Positions 1-8,545 of a DNA stretch of 45,603 nt are shown here, piece by piece (position 1 is the stretch's first letter; each line of letters opens with the position of its first letter). The translations under genes and the position numbers were made by a program. Source of the DNA: Limimaricola sp. (lineage in GTDB: Bacteria; Pseudomonadota; Alphaproteobacteria; Rhodobacterales; Rhodobacteraceae); the NCBI GenBank assembly GCA_041580155.1, contig JBFGEI010000001.1:1-45603 (forward strand), in the 5' to 3' direction. The notes beneath the pieces are model-generated. The model was given only the letters and a program-made list of their open reading frames with translations. It did no database searches and was not told the origin of the DNA.

Positions 1-1011
1 CAGCTTCACCATTGAGCTGTCGATCGACATGATCCGACGGTTGATGCCGTAGAGCTGGTCGATCAGCGCCTCGATGCGGTTGTTGTGCAGGTGCATCGAG
101 TTCACCAGCACCACGATCTCGGAGCGGAGCGTCTGGTATTCGGCCTCGTCGCCCTTCGAGAAGCTCGAATCCTCGTTCAGGGTCGCGGACATCCGGGCGT
201 CCTGCATTTCCGACAGCCGGCCGAAGTTCTCGGCGATCACCTCGAGGGTCTCGAGCACCCGCGGCTTCAGCGCCGCTTCCATCGCGGCGAGCGACATGTT
301 GGTCTGCTCGTCGTCGTCGTCATCGTCGTCGTTGTTGCGCAGCGGGTTGCCGTCGGCGTCGACCTCGGTCTTCTCGCTGCGTTCGTTGCGCTCGGAGCCC
401 TGGGTGGTCTCGACCACCGGCTCGTCGCCCTCTTCCTCGCCCATCTGCCCCGAGAAGGTGGTCTCGAGATCGATCACGTCGCGCAGCAGGATGTCCTCGG
501 ACAGCAGTTCGTCGCGCCAGATTGTGATCGCCTGGAAGGTCAGCGGGCTTTCGCAGAGGCCCGCGATCATCGTGTTGCGGCCGGCCTCGATCCGCTTGGC
601 GATGGCGATCTCGCCCTCGCGGCTCAGCAGCTCGACCGAGCCCATCTCGCGCAGGTACATCCGCACCGGGTCGTCGGTCCGGTCCAGCTTTTCGGCCTCG
701 GCGCCCGACAGCGCCACGTCGCGGTTGCCGCCGACGGTGGCGATCTCGCGCGAGCTGCCGTCGTCGACCTCTTCGCTTTCCTCGGCCTCGGTGACCTGGA
801 TGCCCATTTCCGAGAGCATCGACATCACGTCCTCGATCTGGTCCGAAGAGACCTGATCCGGCGGCAAGACCTGGTTCAGCTGGTCGTAGGTGATGTAGCC
901 CCGGTCGCGCGCCTCGGCGATCATCTTCTTGACCGCGGCCTGGCTCATGTCGAGCGAGATGTCGCCGTCCTGGTCGTCGTCCTTGCGGTCGTCGGTGTCT
1001 TTCGCGGCCAT
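1..1011 (-). CDS. rpoD: RNA polymerase primary sigma factor RpoD (N-terminal part; runs off window start)
   Basis: Minus frame from ATG at 1011 reads MAAKDTDDRKDDDQDGDISLDMSQAAVKKMIAEARDRGYITYDQLNQVLPPDQVS...DRTDDPVRMYLREMGSVELLSREGEIAIAKRIEAG (sigma70 regions 1.1/1.2). Lies directly downstream of dnaG. Confidence 0.97.
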   Translation of the reverse strand, partial: MAAKDTDDRKDDDQDGDISLDMSQAAVKKMIAEARDRGYITYDQLNQVLPPDQVSSDQIEDVMSMLSEMGIQVTEAEESEEVDDGSSREIATVGGNRDVALSGAEAEKLDRTDDPVRMYLREMGSVELLSREGEIAIAKRIEAGRNTMIAGLCESPLTFQAITIWRDELLSEDILLRDVIDLETTFSGQMGEEEGDEPVVETTQGSERNERSEKTEVDADGNPLRNNDDDDDDDEQTNMSLAAMEAALKPRVLETLEVIAENFGRLSEMQDARMSATLNEDSSFSKGDEAEYQTLRSEIVVLVNSMHLHNNRIEALIDQLYGINRRIMSIDSSMVKL

Positions 1012-1060
1012 GAAGGGCTCCTCGTTCGATGAACGTCCTGTTCGGGCGGGTGCCGGGGAG

Positions 1061-1123
1061 TGATTCGGACTGTCCGAATCAATCCGCTGGGGCGGCGATT
1101 CGCAACCACCTGGCGCCCGATTC
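1061..1123. promoter_or_regulatory. Cluster of four GANTC (CcrM) sites upstream of rpoD, including a perfect 21-bp palindrome
   Basis: TGATTCGGAC-T-GTCCGAATCA at 1061-1081, with further GATTC at 1097 and 1119. Three sites match the GcrA-preferred YGAKTCG. Confidence 0.55.
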
Positions 1124-1173
1124 TTTCTTGCTGTCGCGCCACGGTGCCCAAGGCGCCGCCACGATCCAGATAT

Positions 1174-3168
1174 TCAGCCGTCCTTGCGGCCCGCCTTGCC
1201 GAAGGCGATGCCGCTGACCAGCGCATCCCACTCGCTCCGTTCGTCACGCCGCATCGGCGCGCCGTTCGACCCGTATTCGTATTCGGTCGTGTCCTCGCCG
1301 TCGCCGCGCCCGGCCCTGTCCAGCGCCTCGGCGGCGCGCGACAACCGCCAGGTCAGGCCCTCGTCGGCAAGCCCGGCCATGTCCTCAACCGCCTCGGCCA
1401 GCTCGCGGGCATGGCCGCGGCGGGCGTTCAGCTTGGCCAGTTCCTCGGCCAGACACATCCGGGCCAGCTCGACGTCGCCGGGGCGACGCACCGCTGGGCT
1501 GATCGCCACATGGCGCTGCGCGAACAGGGTTTCAAGGGTTTGCGCGCCAAGCCGGTCGGTCAGAGCGGCGCGCAGATCGGCGGCATCGCCGCAGGCGAGG
1601 ATCGCCGCGGCAAGCCGGGCATGCTCGGGATCGCGGCAGTCCATCCGCTCCAGCGCCGGCTCAAAGGCCTTCAGCGCCGCCGGGTTGGCAATCAGCGTCG
1701 CCAGGATCACCGCCTCGCGCAGGTGATCCTCGACCGCGCCGCCGGTGGCCAGCATCGACGCCCGGGCCGACGGGCTCGGCGCCAGCGGCAGCGTGTCGCG
1801 CGGCCACTGGCCCTTCTGGCCACGACCGCGGTTGCCGCCCTGACCGAAGCCGCCCTGGCCGAACCCCTGCCCGGCAGTGCGCCGCGGCGAGAACAGCTCC
1901 CATTTCAGGCGCTTGATCTCATCCTCGTAATGGCCGCGCAGGTTGGGGTCGCGAATCACCGCGATCGCCTCGCGCAGCCGCTTGTCGAGCGCCGACTTGC
2001 GCTCGGGGCTGTCGAATTCCTGGCCCTCAGTCTCGCGGCGCCACAGCAGCTGCACCATCGGCAGCGCCGCCGCCACGGTGTCGCGCATCGCCTGCGGGCC
2101 GCGGGCCCGGATCAGATCGTCGGGATCCATGCCCTCGGGCATCAGCGCAAAGCGCAGCCCCTGACCGGCCTCGATCAGCGGCAGCGCCAGGTCGATCACC
2201 CGCAGCGCCGCCCGGATGCCCGCGGTATCGCCATCGAGCGCGATCACCGGTTCCGAATGGATCCGCCACATCAGCCGCAGCTGGTCCTCGGTCACCGCGG
2301 TGCCAAGCGGCGCCACCGCGGCCTTCAACCCGGCCTCGGACAGCGCGATGACATCCATGTAGCCCTCGGCGACGACCAGCGGCTGGCCCTTGCCGGCCGC
2401 CTCGCGGGCCGGCGCGTGGTTGTACAGGTTGCGACCCTTGTCGAACAGCGCGGTTTCCGGCGAATTCAAATACTTAGCGCGCGCGTTCGGGTCCATCGCC
2501 CGGCCACCGAGCGCGATCGCCCGGCCGCGACCGTCGCGGATCGGGAAGATGATCCGGCCGCGGAACCGGTCGTAGGGCGCGCCGCCACCCTCGGGCCGCG
2601 CCGCCAGACCGGCGTCGACGATCAGCGCCTCGGGCACGCCCTTGCCGGTCAACGCCCGGAACAGCCCCTGCCGGTCGTCCGGCGCGAAGCCGATCTCCCA
2701 GCGGCCCTGCGCCTCGGGACTCAGCCCGCGGCCATCCAGGTAGTCGCGCGCCGCCGCCGCCGCACCGCTGCGCAGCTGCATCCGGAACCACTGCACGGCC
2801 TGCTCCATCACCTCGACCAGTTCGCCGCGCCGGTCGGCCTTCTGCTGCGCCTGCGGATCACGCTCCGGCATCGGCATCCCGGCCTCGGCGGCGAGGATCT
2901 TCACCGCGTCGATGAAGTCGACGTTCTCGGTCTCGCGCACAAAGGAAATCGCATCGCCCTTGGCGTGGCAGCCAAAGCAGTAATAGAATCCCTTGCGGTC
3001 ATCGACGTGGAAGCTCGCCGATTTCTCCTGGTGGAACGGGCACGGCGCCCAGAAGTCGCCCTTGCCCTGGTTCGATTTCTTCATGTCCCATGCGACCTTG
3101 CGCCCGACGACCTGGCCTAGGCTCAGTCGGGTGCGCAACTCATCGAGGAAACCGGGGGGCAGACTCAT
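1174..3168 (-). CDS. dnaG: DNA primase
   Basis: CHC2 zinc finger (CPFHQEKSASF...CFGC), YDRFRGRIIFPI, KYLNSPET, TOPRIM EGYMDVI and LDGDTAG, DPDD. Confidence 0.98.
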   Translation of the reverse strand: MSLPPGFLDELRTRLSLGQVVGRKVAWDMKKSNQGKGDFWAPCPFHQEKSASFHVDDRKGFYYCFGCHAKGDAISFVRETENVDFIDAVKILAAEAGMPMPERDPQAQQKADRRGELVEVMEQAVQWFRMQLRSGAAAAARDYLDGRGLSPEAQGRWEIGFAPDDRQGLFRALTGKGVPEALIVDAGLAARPEGGGAPYDRFRGRIIFPIRDGRGRAIALGGRAMDPNARAKYLNSPETALFDKGRNLYNHAPAREAAGKGQPLVVAEGYMDVIALSEAGLKAAVAPLGTAVTEDQLRLMWRIHSEPVIALDGDTAGIRAALRVIDLALPLIEAGQGLRFALMPEGMDPDDLIRARGPQAMRDTVAAALPMVQLLWRRETEGQEFDSPERKSALDKRLREAIAVIRDPNLRGHYEDEIKRLKWELFSPRRTAGQGFGQGGFGQGGNRGRGQKGQWPRDTLPLAPSPSARASMLATGGAVEDHLREAVILATLIANPAALKAFEPALERMDCRDPEHARLAAAILACGDAADLRAALTDRLGAQTLETLFAQRHVAISPAVRRPGDVELARMCLAEELAKLNARRGHARELAEAVEDMAGLADEGLTWRLSRAAEALDRAGRGDGEDTTEYEYGSNGAPMRRDERSEWDALVSGIAFGKAGRKDG

Positions 3169-3249
3169 GCGCCCAATATCGGGCCGCAGCCCCCCTAAGT
3201 CCAGAAGCCGACCAAGCGCGTTATCGTTAAAATCCGCGCGACCCCGCCG

Positions 3250-3282
3250 CTACTTTGTCCGCAAATACGCAAATCCCGCCGC
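3250..3282 (+). repeat. Short intergenic repeat, copy 1
   Basis: CTACTTTGTCCGCAAATACGCAAATCCCGCCGC, near-identical to 43584-43616. The core recurs on the minus strand at 26478-26497. Confidence 0.75.
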
Positions 3283-3300
3283 CGGCCGCGCGGGCCGGGC

Positions 3301-3756
3301 TCAGCCGTGGCGCAGATCGGCGAAGAACCGCGCCAGCAACGCCTCCGACTCGGCGGCGCCGATGCCGTCGAAGATCTCCGGCCGGTGGTGGCATTGCGGA
3401 CGCGAGAATACCCTTGGCCCCTGGGCAACCCCGCCCGACTTCGGATCGGCGGCGCCGTAATGCAGCCGGGCGATCCGGGCAAAGCCGATCGCGGCGGCGC
3501 ACATCGGACAGGGCTCCAGCGTCACCCACAGCGCGTGGCCCGGCAGCCGCTCCGACCCCAGCGCGGCGCAGCCGGCGCGGATCACCAGCATCTCGGCATG
3601 GGCGCTGGGGTCGCACAGCTCGCGGGTCCGGTTGCCGGCGGCGGCGACCACCCGACCGGCCGGGTCGACCAGCACCGCGCCGACCGGCACCTCGCCGCGC
3701 GCCGCGGCGGCGCGCGCCTCGCGCAGCGCCAGATCCATGTGAGAGGTGAACCGCAT
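3301..3756 (-). CDS. tadA: tRNA adenosine(34) deaminase / nucleoside deaminase
   Basis: [19 protein letters not shown] and DPKSG motifs. The start could alternatively be the ATG at 3738. Confidence 0.88.
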   Translation of the reverse strand: MRFTSHMDLALREARAAAARGEVPVGAVLVDPAGRVVAAAGNRTRELCDPSAHAEMLVIRAGCAALGSERLPGHALWVTLEPCPMCAAAIGFARIARLHYGAADPKSGGVAQGPRVFSRPQCHHRPEIFDGIGAAESEALLARFFADLRHG

Positions 3757-3820
3757 GGCCCGTGATGCCCCGCGCAGACACGCTCTGGCAAGGGGCGGCC
3801 GGAGCGGCTATGGCAGGGGC

Positions 3821-5146
3821 ATGGATAAGAACGACCCCAGCACCCCCGCCGGCGACCGCATCGCCAAGGTTCTCTCGCGCTCCGGCGTCGCCTCGCGACG
3901 CGAGGCCGAACGCATGGTCGAGGACGGCCGGGTCAAGGTCAACGGGGTGCGGATCGACAGCCCGGCGCTGAACGTCACCGCCAAGGACCGGATTACCGTC
4001 GACGGCGCGCCGCTGGCGGCGCCGGAACCGGCGCGGCTCTGGCTGTACAACAAGCCCTCGGGGCTGGTGACCAGCGCCTCGGACGAAAAGGGCCGCAAGA
4101 CGGTGTTCGACGACCTGCCCGAGGACATGCCCCGGGTGATGAGCGTCGGCCGGCTCGACCTGACCTCGGAAGGGCTGCTGCTGCTGACCAACGACGGCGA
4201 ACTCAAGCGCAAGCTCGAACTGCCCTCGACCGGCTGGCTGCGCCGCTACCGGGTGCGGATCAACGGCAGCGTCAGCGAAGACAAGCTCGACCGGCTGCGC
4301 CGCGGCATCTCGGTCGAGGGCGTCGACTACCAGCCGATGACCGTGACCTTCGACCGCCAGCAGGGCGCCAACGCCTGGCTGACGATCGCGATCCGCGAAG
4401 GCAAGAACCGCGAGATCCGCCGCGCGATGGCGGCGCTCGAGGTCACCGTCAACCGGCTGATCCGGGTCAGCTACGGCCCGTTCCAACTTGGCAACCTGGC
4501 GCAGGGCGAGGTCGAGGAAGTGCGTGCCAAGGTGCTGCGCGACCAGCTTGGCGACGAGGACCGGCCGCAGCGCAGCCGGGTCGGCGGCGCCGCCAAGGCC
4601 GGCGGCAAGCCGGCCACAGCGAAGGCCGGCGGCAAGCCGGCCGCGGCCAAGCCGACCGGCGGCCGCACCCCGGCCGGCAAGCCGTCGGCGCCGCGGGTTT
4701 TCAAGGGCCAGGGTCCGCAATCCGAACGTCCCCCGCGCGATCCCGAAAACCGGTCGGCGCCGGCGAAACCCGGCTTCAACCGCGGTGGCAAGCCCGGTGC
4801 GGCGCAGCCCGAGGGCCGCGGGTCGTTCGACGACCGGCGTCCCGCCGGCAAGCCCGGCCGCGACAAGCCGGCCGGCGACCGGTTCGGCAGCGACCGCCCG
4901 CGCGGCGACAGGGCCGCCGACGGCAAGCCCGCCGAGGGCAAGTTCTCCGGTGGCCGCAAGTTCGGCGCCAAGGTCCCGGCCGGCAGCGGTCGCGGCACCC
5001 CCGAGCGCGGCGCCGCGGATCGTCCGGGCGGCGACAAGCGCGGCTTCGGCGATCGGCCCAGCGGCGGCGACAAGCGCGGCGGTCCCGGAGGCGCACCGCG
5101 CGGCCCCGCTTCGGCAAAACGGCCACCGCGGGGCTCTAAATCCTAG
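3821..5146 (+). CDS. rluB: rRNA pseudouridine synthase (RluB/RsuA family) with long disordered C-terminal tail
   Basis: S4 domain ([18 protein letters not shown]), NKPSG, GRLD catalytic motif, EGKNREIRR. The tail is ~200 aa and G/P/R/K-rich. Confidence 0.9.
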   Translation: MDKNDPSTPAGDRIAKVLSRSGVASRREAERMVEDGRVKVNGVRIDSPALNVTAKDRITVDGAPLAAPEPARLWLYNKPSGLVTSASDEKGRKTVFDDLPEDMPRVMSVGRLDLTSEGLLLLTNDGELKRKLELPSTGWLRRYRVRINGSVSEDKLDRLRRGISVEGVDYQPMTVTFDRQQGANAWLTIAIREGKNREIRRAMAALEVTVNRLIRVSYGPFQLGNLAQGEVEEVRAKVLRDQLGDEDRPQRSRVGGAAKAGGKPATAKAGGKPAAAKPTGGRTPAGKPSAPRVFKGQGPQSERPPRDPENRSAPAKPGFNRGGKPGAAQPEGRGSFDDRRPAGKPGRDKPAGDRFGSDRPRGDRAADGKPAEGKFSGGRKFGAKVPAGSGRGTPERGAADRPGGDKRGFGDRPSGGDKRGGPGGAPRGPASAKRPPRGSKS

Positions 5147-5153
5147 CCTGCCC

Positions 5154-5183
5154 CTCGAAAACGCCGGCGTCGGAGCTTATTAT
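5154..5183 (+). promoter_or_regulatory. Putative RpoH-type promoter of the xpaC-telA operon
   Basis: CTCGAA-N16-CTTATTAT resembles the alphaproteobacterial RpoH consensus CTTGAA-N16-CCTATAT. Confidence 0.4.
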
Positions 5184-5214
5184 CTGACCGGACCGACTGG
5201 GGAATTTCTGGGCC

Positions 5215-5424
5215 ATGATGCGACTAATTCTGCCGCTGCTGTTCCTGACCTTGCTGGCGCTCGCGGTGGCATCGCTGGTCGCACTCCTGCGGCAATCGCG
5301 CACCCAGGCCGCGCTGCCGGTCCGTCAGGAGGATCGAATGCCCGCCACATTTCGTACCATCGCCTACATCCTGCTGCTAGCCGTGATGACCGGCACCGCC
5401 ACCGGCTGGCTGGGGGCGAACTGA
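5215..5424 (+). CDS. Small two-helix membrane protein, hypothetical
   Basis: 69 aa with two hydrophobic segments. Its stop overlaps the xpaC ATG (TGATG). There is an internal in-frame AGGAGG followed by ATG at 5338. Confidence 0.7.
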   Translation: MMRLILPLLFLTLLALAVASLVALLRQSRTQAALPVRQEDRMPATFRTIAYILLLAVMTGTATGWLGAN

Positions 5425-6320
5425 TGGCCCGGCGCTACGGCGGCCGGTACAGCCCGGACGGCAATGACCACGACGCGCCGCCCCCCGGGGCGCCGGACCA
5501 GCCGCGGGTCGACCCCGCCGGCACCCGCGCCACCCTGTTGTTCGTACCGCCGATCCTGCTGGTGCTGTTCTCGCTCGGATCGGGCCCGGCGGCGCTGGTC
5601 GCGGCGCTGGCCGGCGCCGGGGCGCTGACCCTCGCGGCCTGGCTGTTGCGCGACGGGCTGCGCGCCGAGGCCGCCTGGGCGGCACGCCCGGTGGCGCGGC
5701 GGCCGGCGCTGCCGCGCAAGATGCTGGCCTCGGCGCTGACCGGGATCGGCGTCGCGCTGGCGGCCTGGACCGGCGACAGCGGCATCGTCGGCTCGGCGCT
5801 CTACGGAGTGGCGGCGCTGGCGCTGCACGTCGCGGCCTTCGGCATCGACCCCTTGCGCGACAAGAAGATCGACGGTCTCGACGACTACCAGCAGGACCGC
5901 GTCGCCCGCGTCGTCGACGAGGCCGAGGCGCATCTGGCCGCGATGCGCAGCGCCATCGCGGCGCTCGGCGACCGCAAGCTCGACGCGCGGGTGCTGGGGT
6001 TCCAGTCGCGCGCCCGGATGATGATCCGCGGCGTCGAGCAGGACCCGGGCGACCTGACGCAGGCCCGGCGTTACCTCGGGGTCTACCTGATGGGCGCCCG
6101 CGACGCGTCGATCAAATTCGCCGATCTGTGGCAGCGCAGCCGCGACAACGCCGCGCGGGCCGAGTATGAATCGCTCCTGACCGATCTTGAGCAGAACTTC
6201 GCGCAACGCACCGAGCGGATGCTTGAAGGCGACCGCACGGACATGGATATCGAAATCAAGGTGTTGCGTGACCGGTTGGCGCGCGACGGCTACGCCCCGG
6301 ACCGGGGCGGACGAGAGTGA
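5424..6320 (+). CDS. XpaC / 5-bromo-4-chloroindolyl phosphate hydrolysis family membrane protein
   Basis: MARRYGGRYSP start, ~4 TM segments, then a helical domain (DPGDLTQARRYLGVYLMGARDA...DMDIEIKVLRDRL). Immediately upstream of telA, the typical pairing. Confidence 0.85.
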   Translation: MARRYGGRYSPDGNDHDAPPPGAPDQPRVDPAGTRATLLFVPPILLVLFSLGSGPAALVAALAGAGALTLAAWLLRDGLRAEAAWAARPVARRPALPRKMLASALTGIGVALAAWTGDSGIVGSALYGVAALALHVAAFGIDPLRDKKIDGLDDYQQDRVARVVDEAEAHLAAMRSAIAALGDRKLDARVLGFQSRARMMIRGVEQDPGDLTQARRYLGVYLMGARDASIKFADLWQRSRDNAARAEYESLLTDLEQNFAQRTERMLEGDRTDMDIEIKVLRDRLARDGYAPDRGGRE

Positions 6321-6333
6321 AAGGGACGGCATC

Positions 6334-7527
6334 ATGGCGGACAGTGTTCGGGACCAGGCTGCGGCGCAGCTCGCTCGGGTCGAGAAGATGACGGCGACGA
6401 TCCTGCCGGAACCGCAGGCCGAGATCGTGTCGCTGGCCGAAGCGCCGGCCGAGCAGAGCGCCGAGATCCGGCGCCGGATCGCCGAGATCGACCTCGCCGA
6501 CACCCAGTCGATCGTCAGCTTCGGCTCGACCGCGCAGGCCGAGCTGCAGGAAATCAGCCAGGCGATGCTGCAGGGCGTGCAGAACAAGGACATCGGCCCG
6601 GCGGGCGACAGCCTGCGCGACATCGTCGCGACGATCCGCGGCTTCAACGTCTCCGAGCTGGACCCGGGCCGCAAGCGCAGCCTGTGGGACCGGCTGCTGG
6701 GCCGCGCCGCGCCGCTGGCCAAGTTCACCGAACGATATCGCGACGTGCAGGACCAGATCGACCGGATCACCGACGAGCTGCTGCGCCACGAGCACCAGCT
6801 GATGAAGGACGTCGAGAGCCTCGACGTGCTGTATGAAAAGACCCTGAACTTCTACGACGAGCTGGCGCTGTACATTGCCGCCGGCGAGGAAAAGCTGCAC
6901 GAGCTCGACGAGACCGTGCTGCCCAGGCGTCAGGCCGAGGTCGAGGCGGCGCCGCAGGAAACCCAGGTGATGGCGGCGCAGCAGCTGCGCGACCTGCGCG
7001 CGGCGCGCGACGATCTGGAACGCCGGGTGCATGATCTCAAGCTGACGCGGCAGGTGACGATGCAGTCGCTGCCGTCGATCCGGCTGGTGCAGGAGAACGA
7101 CAAGAGCCTAGTGATCAAGATCAACTCGACCTTGGTCAACACGGTGCCGCTGTGGGAAACCCAGCTGGCCCAGGCGGTGACGATCCAGCGTTCGGCGCAG
7201 GCCGCCGGCGCGGTGCGCGAGGCCAACGACCTGACCAACGACCTGCTGCGCTCGAACGCCGAGAACCTGCGCCAGGCCAACAGCGCGATCCGCACCGAGA
7301 CCGAGCGCGGCGCCTTCGACATCGAGGCGGTGGCGGCGGCCAACGCCGACCTGATTGCCACCATCGACGAAAGCCTGACCATCGCCGACGAGGGCAAGCG
7401 CAAGCGCGCCGCCGCCGAGGCCGAGCTCAAGCGCATGGAATCGGAACTGAAATCGGCGCTCAGCGCGGCCAAGGCACGCGCGTCGGCGCAGGCCCCCACC
7501 GGCGCAGATCGCGCGACGCGGAGATAA
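6334..7527 (+). CDS. telA: Toxic anion resistance protein (TelA/KlaA family)
   Basis: Long coiled coil with DLERRVHDLKLTRQVTMQSLPSIRLVQENDKSLVIKINSTLVNTVPLWETQ and IATIDESLTIADEGKRKR signatures. Confidence 0.9.
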   Translation: MADSVRDQAAAQLARVEKMTATILPEPQAEIVSLAEAPAEQSAEIRRRIAEIDLADTQSIVSFGSTAQAELQEISQAMLQGVQNKDIGPAGDSLRDIVATIRGFNVSELDPGRKRSLWDRLLGRAAPLAKFTERYRDVQDQIDRITDELLRHEHQLMKDVESLDVLYEKTLNFYDELALYIAAGEEKLHELDETVLPRRQAEVEAAPQETQVMAAQQLRDLRAARDDLERRVHDLKLTRQVTMQSLPSIRLVQENDKSLVIKINSTLVNTVPLWETQLAQAVTIQRSAQAAGAVREANDLTNDLLRSNAENLRQANSAIRTETERGAFDIEAVAAANADLIATIDESLTIADEGKRKRAAAEAELKRMESELKSALSAAKARASAQAPTGADRATRR

Positions 7528-7535
7528 GACGGATC

Positions 7536-8525
7536 ATGGCGGCGCGTCTGGCCAAGAAGTTCCCCGGCCTCGCGGCCCTTGCCCTGATCGCCGCGTGCGA
7601 CCAGCCGCCGCCGCTGGTCCCGGCGCAGCCGCCGCAAAAGCAGGTCGCGGCGCCGCTGACCGCGGTGGCGCCGCCGGCACGGCCGCAGCAGCCGGTCGCG
7701 GCACCGGCCCCGCCGCGGTCGGTGGAAAGCATGGCGCTGAGCCAGCATTACCGGCAGCTGCAAAGCGACCTGCTGGCGCAGGGGCTGCTGCGCGGCGACG
7801 GCGGCGGCCGCGACACGCCGTTCACCGACACCATGCTGGCGCGCAACTTCGTGCGGATCGCGCTGTTCGACGAATACGTCGCCGACGGCGCCTCGATCCG
7901 CGCCCAGCAGACGGTGAGCCGGCTGCGCCGCTGGGACAAGCCGATCGCCATGGACGTGATGTTCGGCGCCACCGTCCCCGAGGCGCAGCGGATCCGCGAC
8001 CGCAACGCGGTCGGCGCCTACGGCGCGCGGCTGTCGCGGCTGACCGGGGTGCCGATCACCCAGGTGGCGCAGGACGGCAATTTCTCGGTGCTGATCCTGA
8101 ACGAGGACGACCGCGGCAGCTACGAGAGCGAACTGCGCCGGATGGTGCCGGGGATTTCCGACAGCTCGGTCCGGGCGTTCCTGAACCCGTCGCGGTCGAC
8201 GCTGTGCCTGGTGATCGCGTTTTCCGAGAACGGCGGCCCGACCTATTCGCGGGCGGTGGCGTTGATCCGCGGCGAACACCCCGACATGCTGCGGCTGGCC
8301 TGCATCCACGAAGAGCTGGCGCAGGGCTTGGGCCTGGCCAACGACAGCCCGCAGGCGCGACCGTCGATCTTCAACGACGACGAGGAATTCGGCCTGCTGA
8401 CCCGGCACGACGAGCTGCTGCTGAAGATGCTCTACGACCCGCGGCTGCGGCCCGGCATGACCGCCGCCGAAGCCGCGCCGATCGCCAACCAGATCGCCGT
8501 CGAACTGCTCGGCGGATCGAGCTGA
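7536..8525 (+). CDS. DUF2927-family lipoprotein (zincin-like fold)
   Basis: Lipobox LIAAC, Pro-rich linker, LRRWDKPI, CIHEELAQGLGLANDS..RPSIFNDD, LLKMLYDPRLRPGM. Confidence 0.82.
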   Translation: MAARLAKKFPGLAALALIAACDQPPPLVPAQPPQKQVAAPLTAVAPPARPQQPVAAPAPPRSVESMALSQHYRQLQSDLLAQGLLRGDGGGRDTPFTDTMLARNFVRIALFDEYVADGASIRAQQTVSRLRRWDKPIAMDVMFGATVPEAQRIRDRNAVGAYGARLSRLTGVPITQVAQDGNFSVLILNEDDRGSYESELRRMVPGISDSSVRAFLNPSRSTLCLVIAFSENGGPTYSRAVALIRGEHPDMLRLACIHEELAQGLGLANDSPQARPSIFNDDEEFGLLTRHDELLLKMLYDPRLRPGMTAAEAAPIANQIAVELLGGSS

Positions 8526-8545
8526 CGCCAACGAAGGAGACGACC

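Noticed and set aside
74-3120. Large plus-strand ORFs (260, 315 and 686 aa) opposite rpoD and dnaG
   Set aside because: Antisense shadows of conserved genes with no recognisable domains. The same applies to most other overlapping ORFs in the track.
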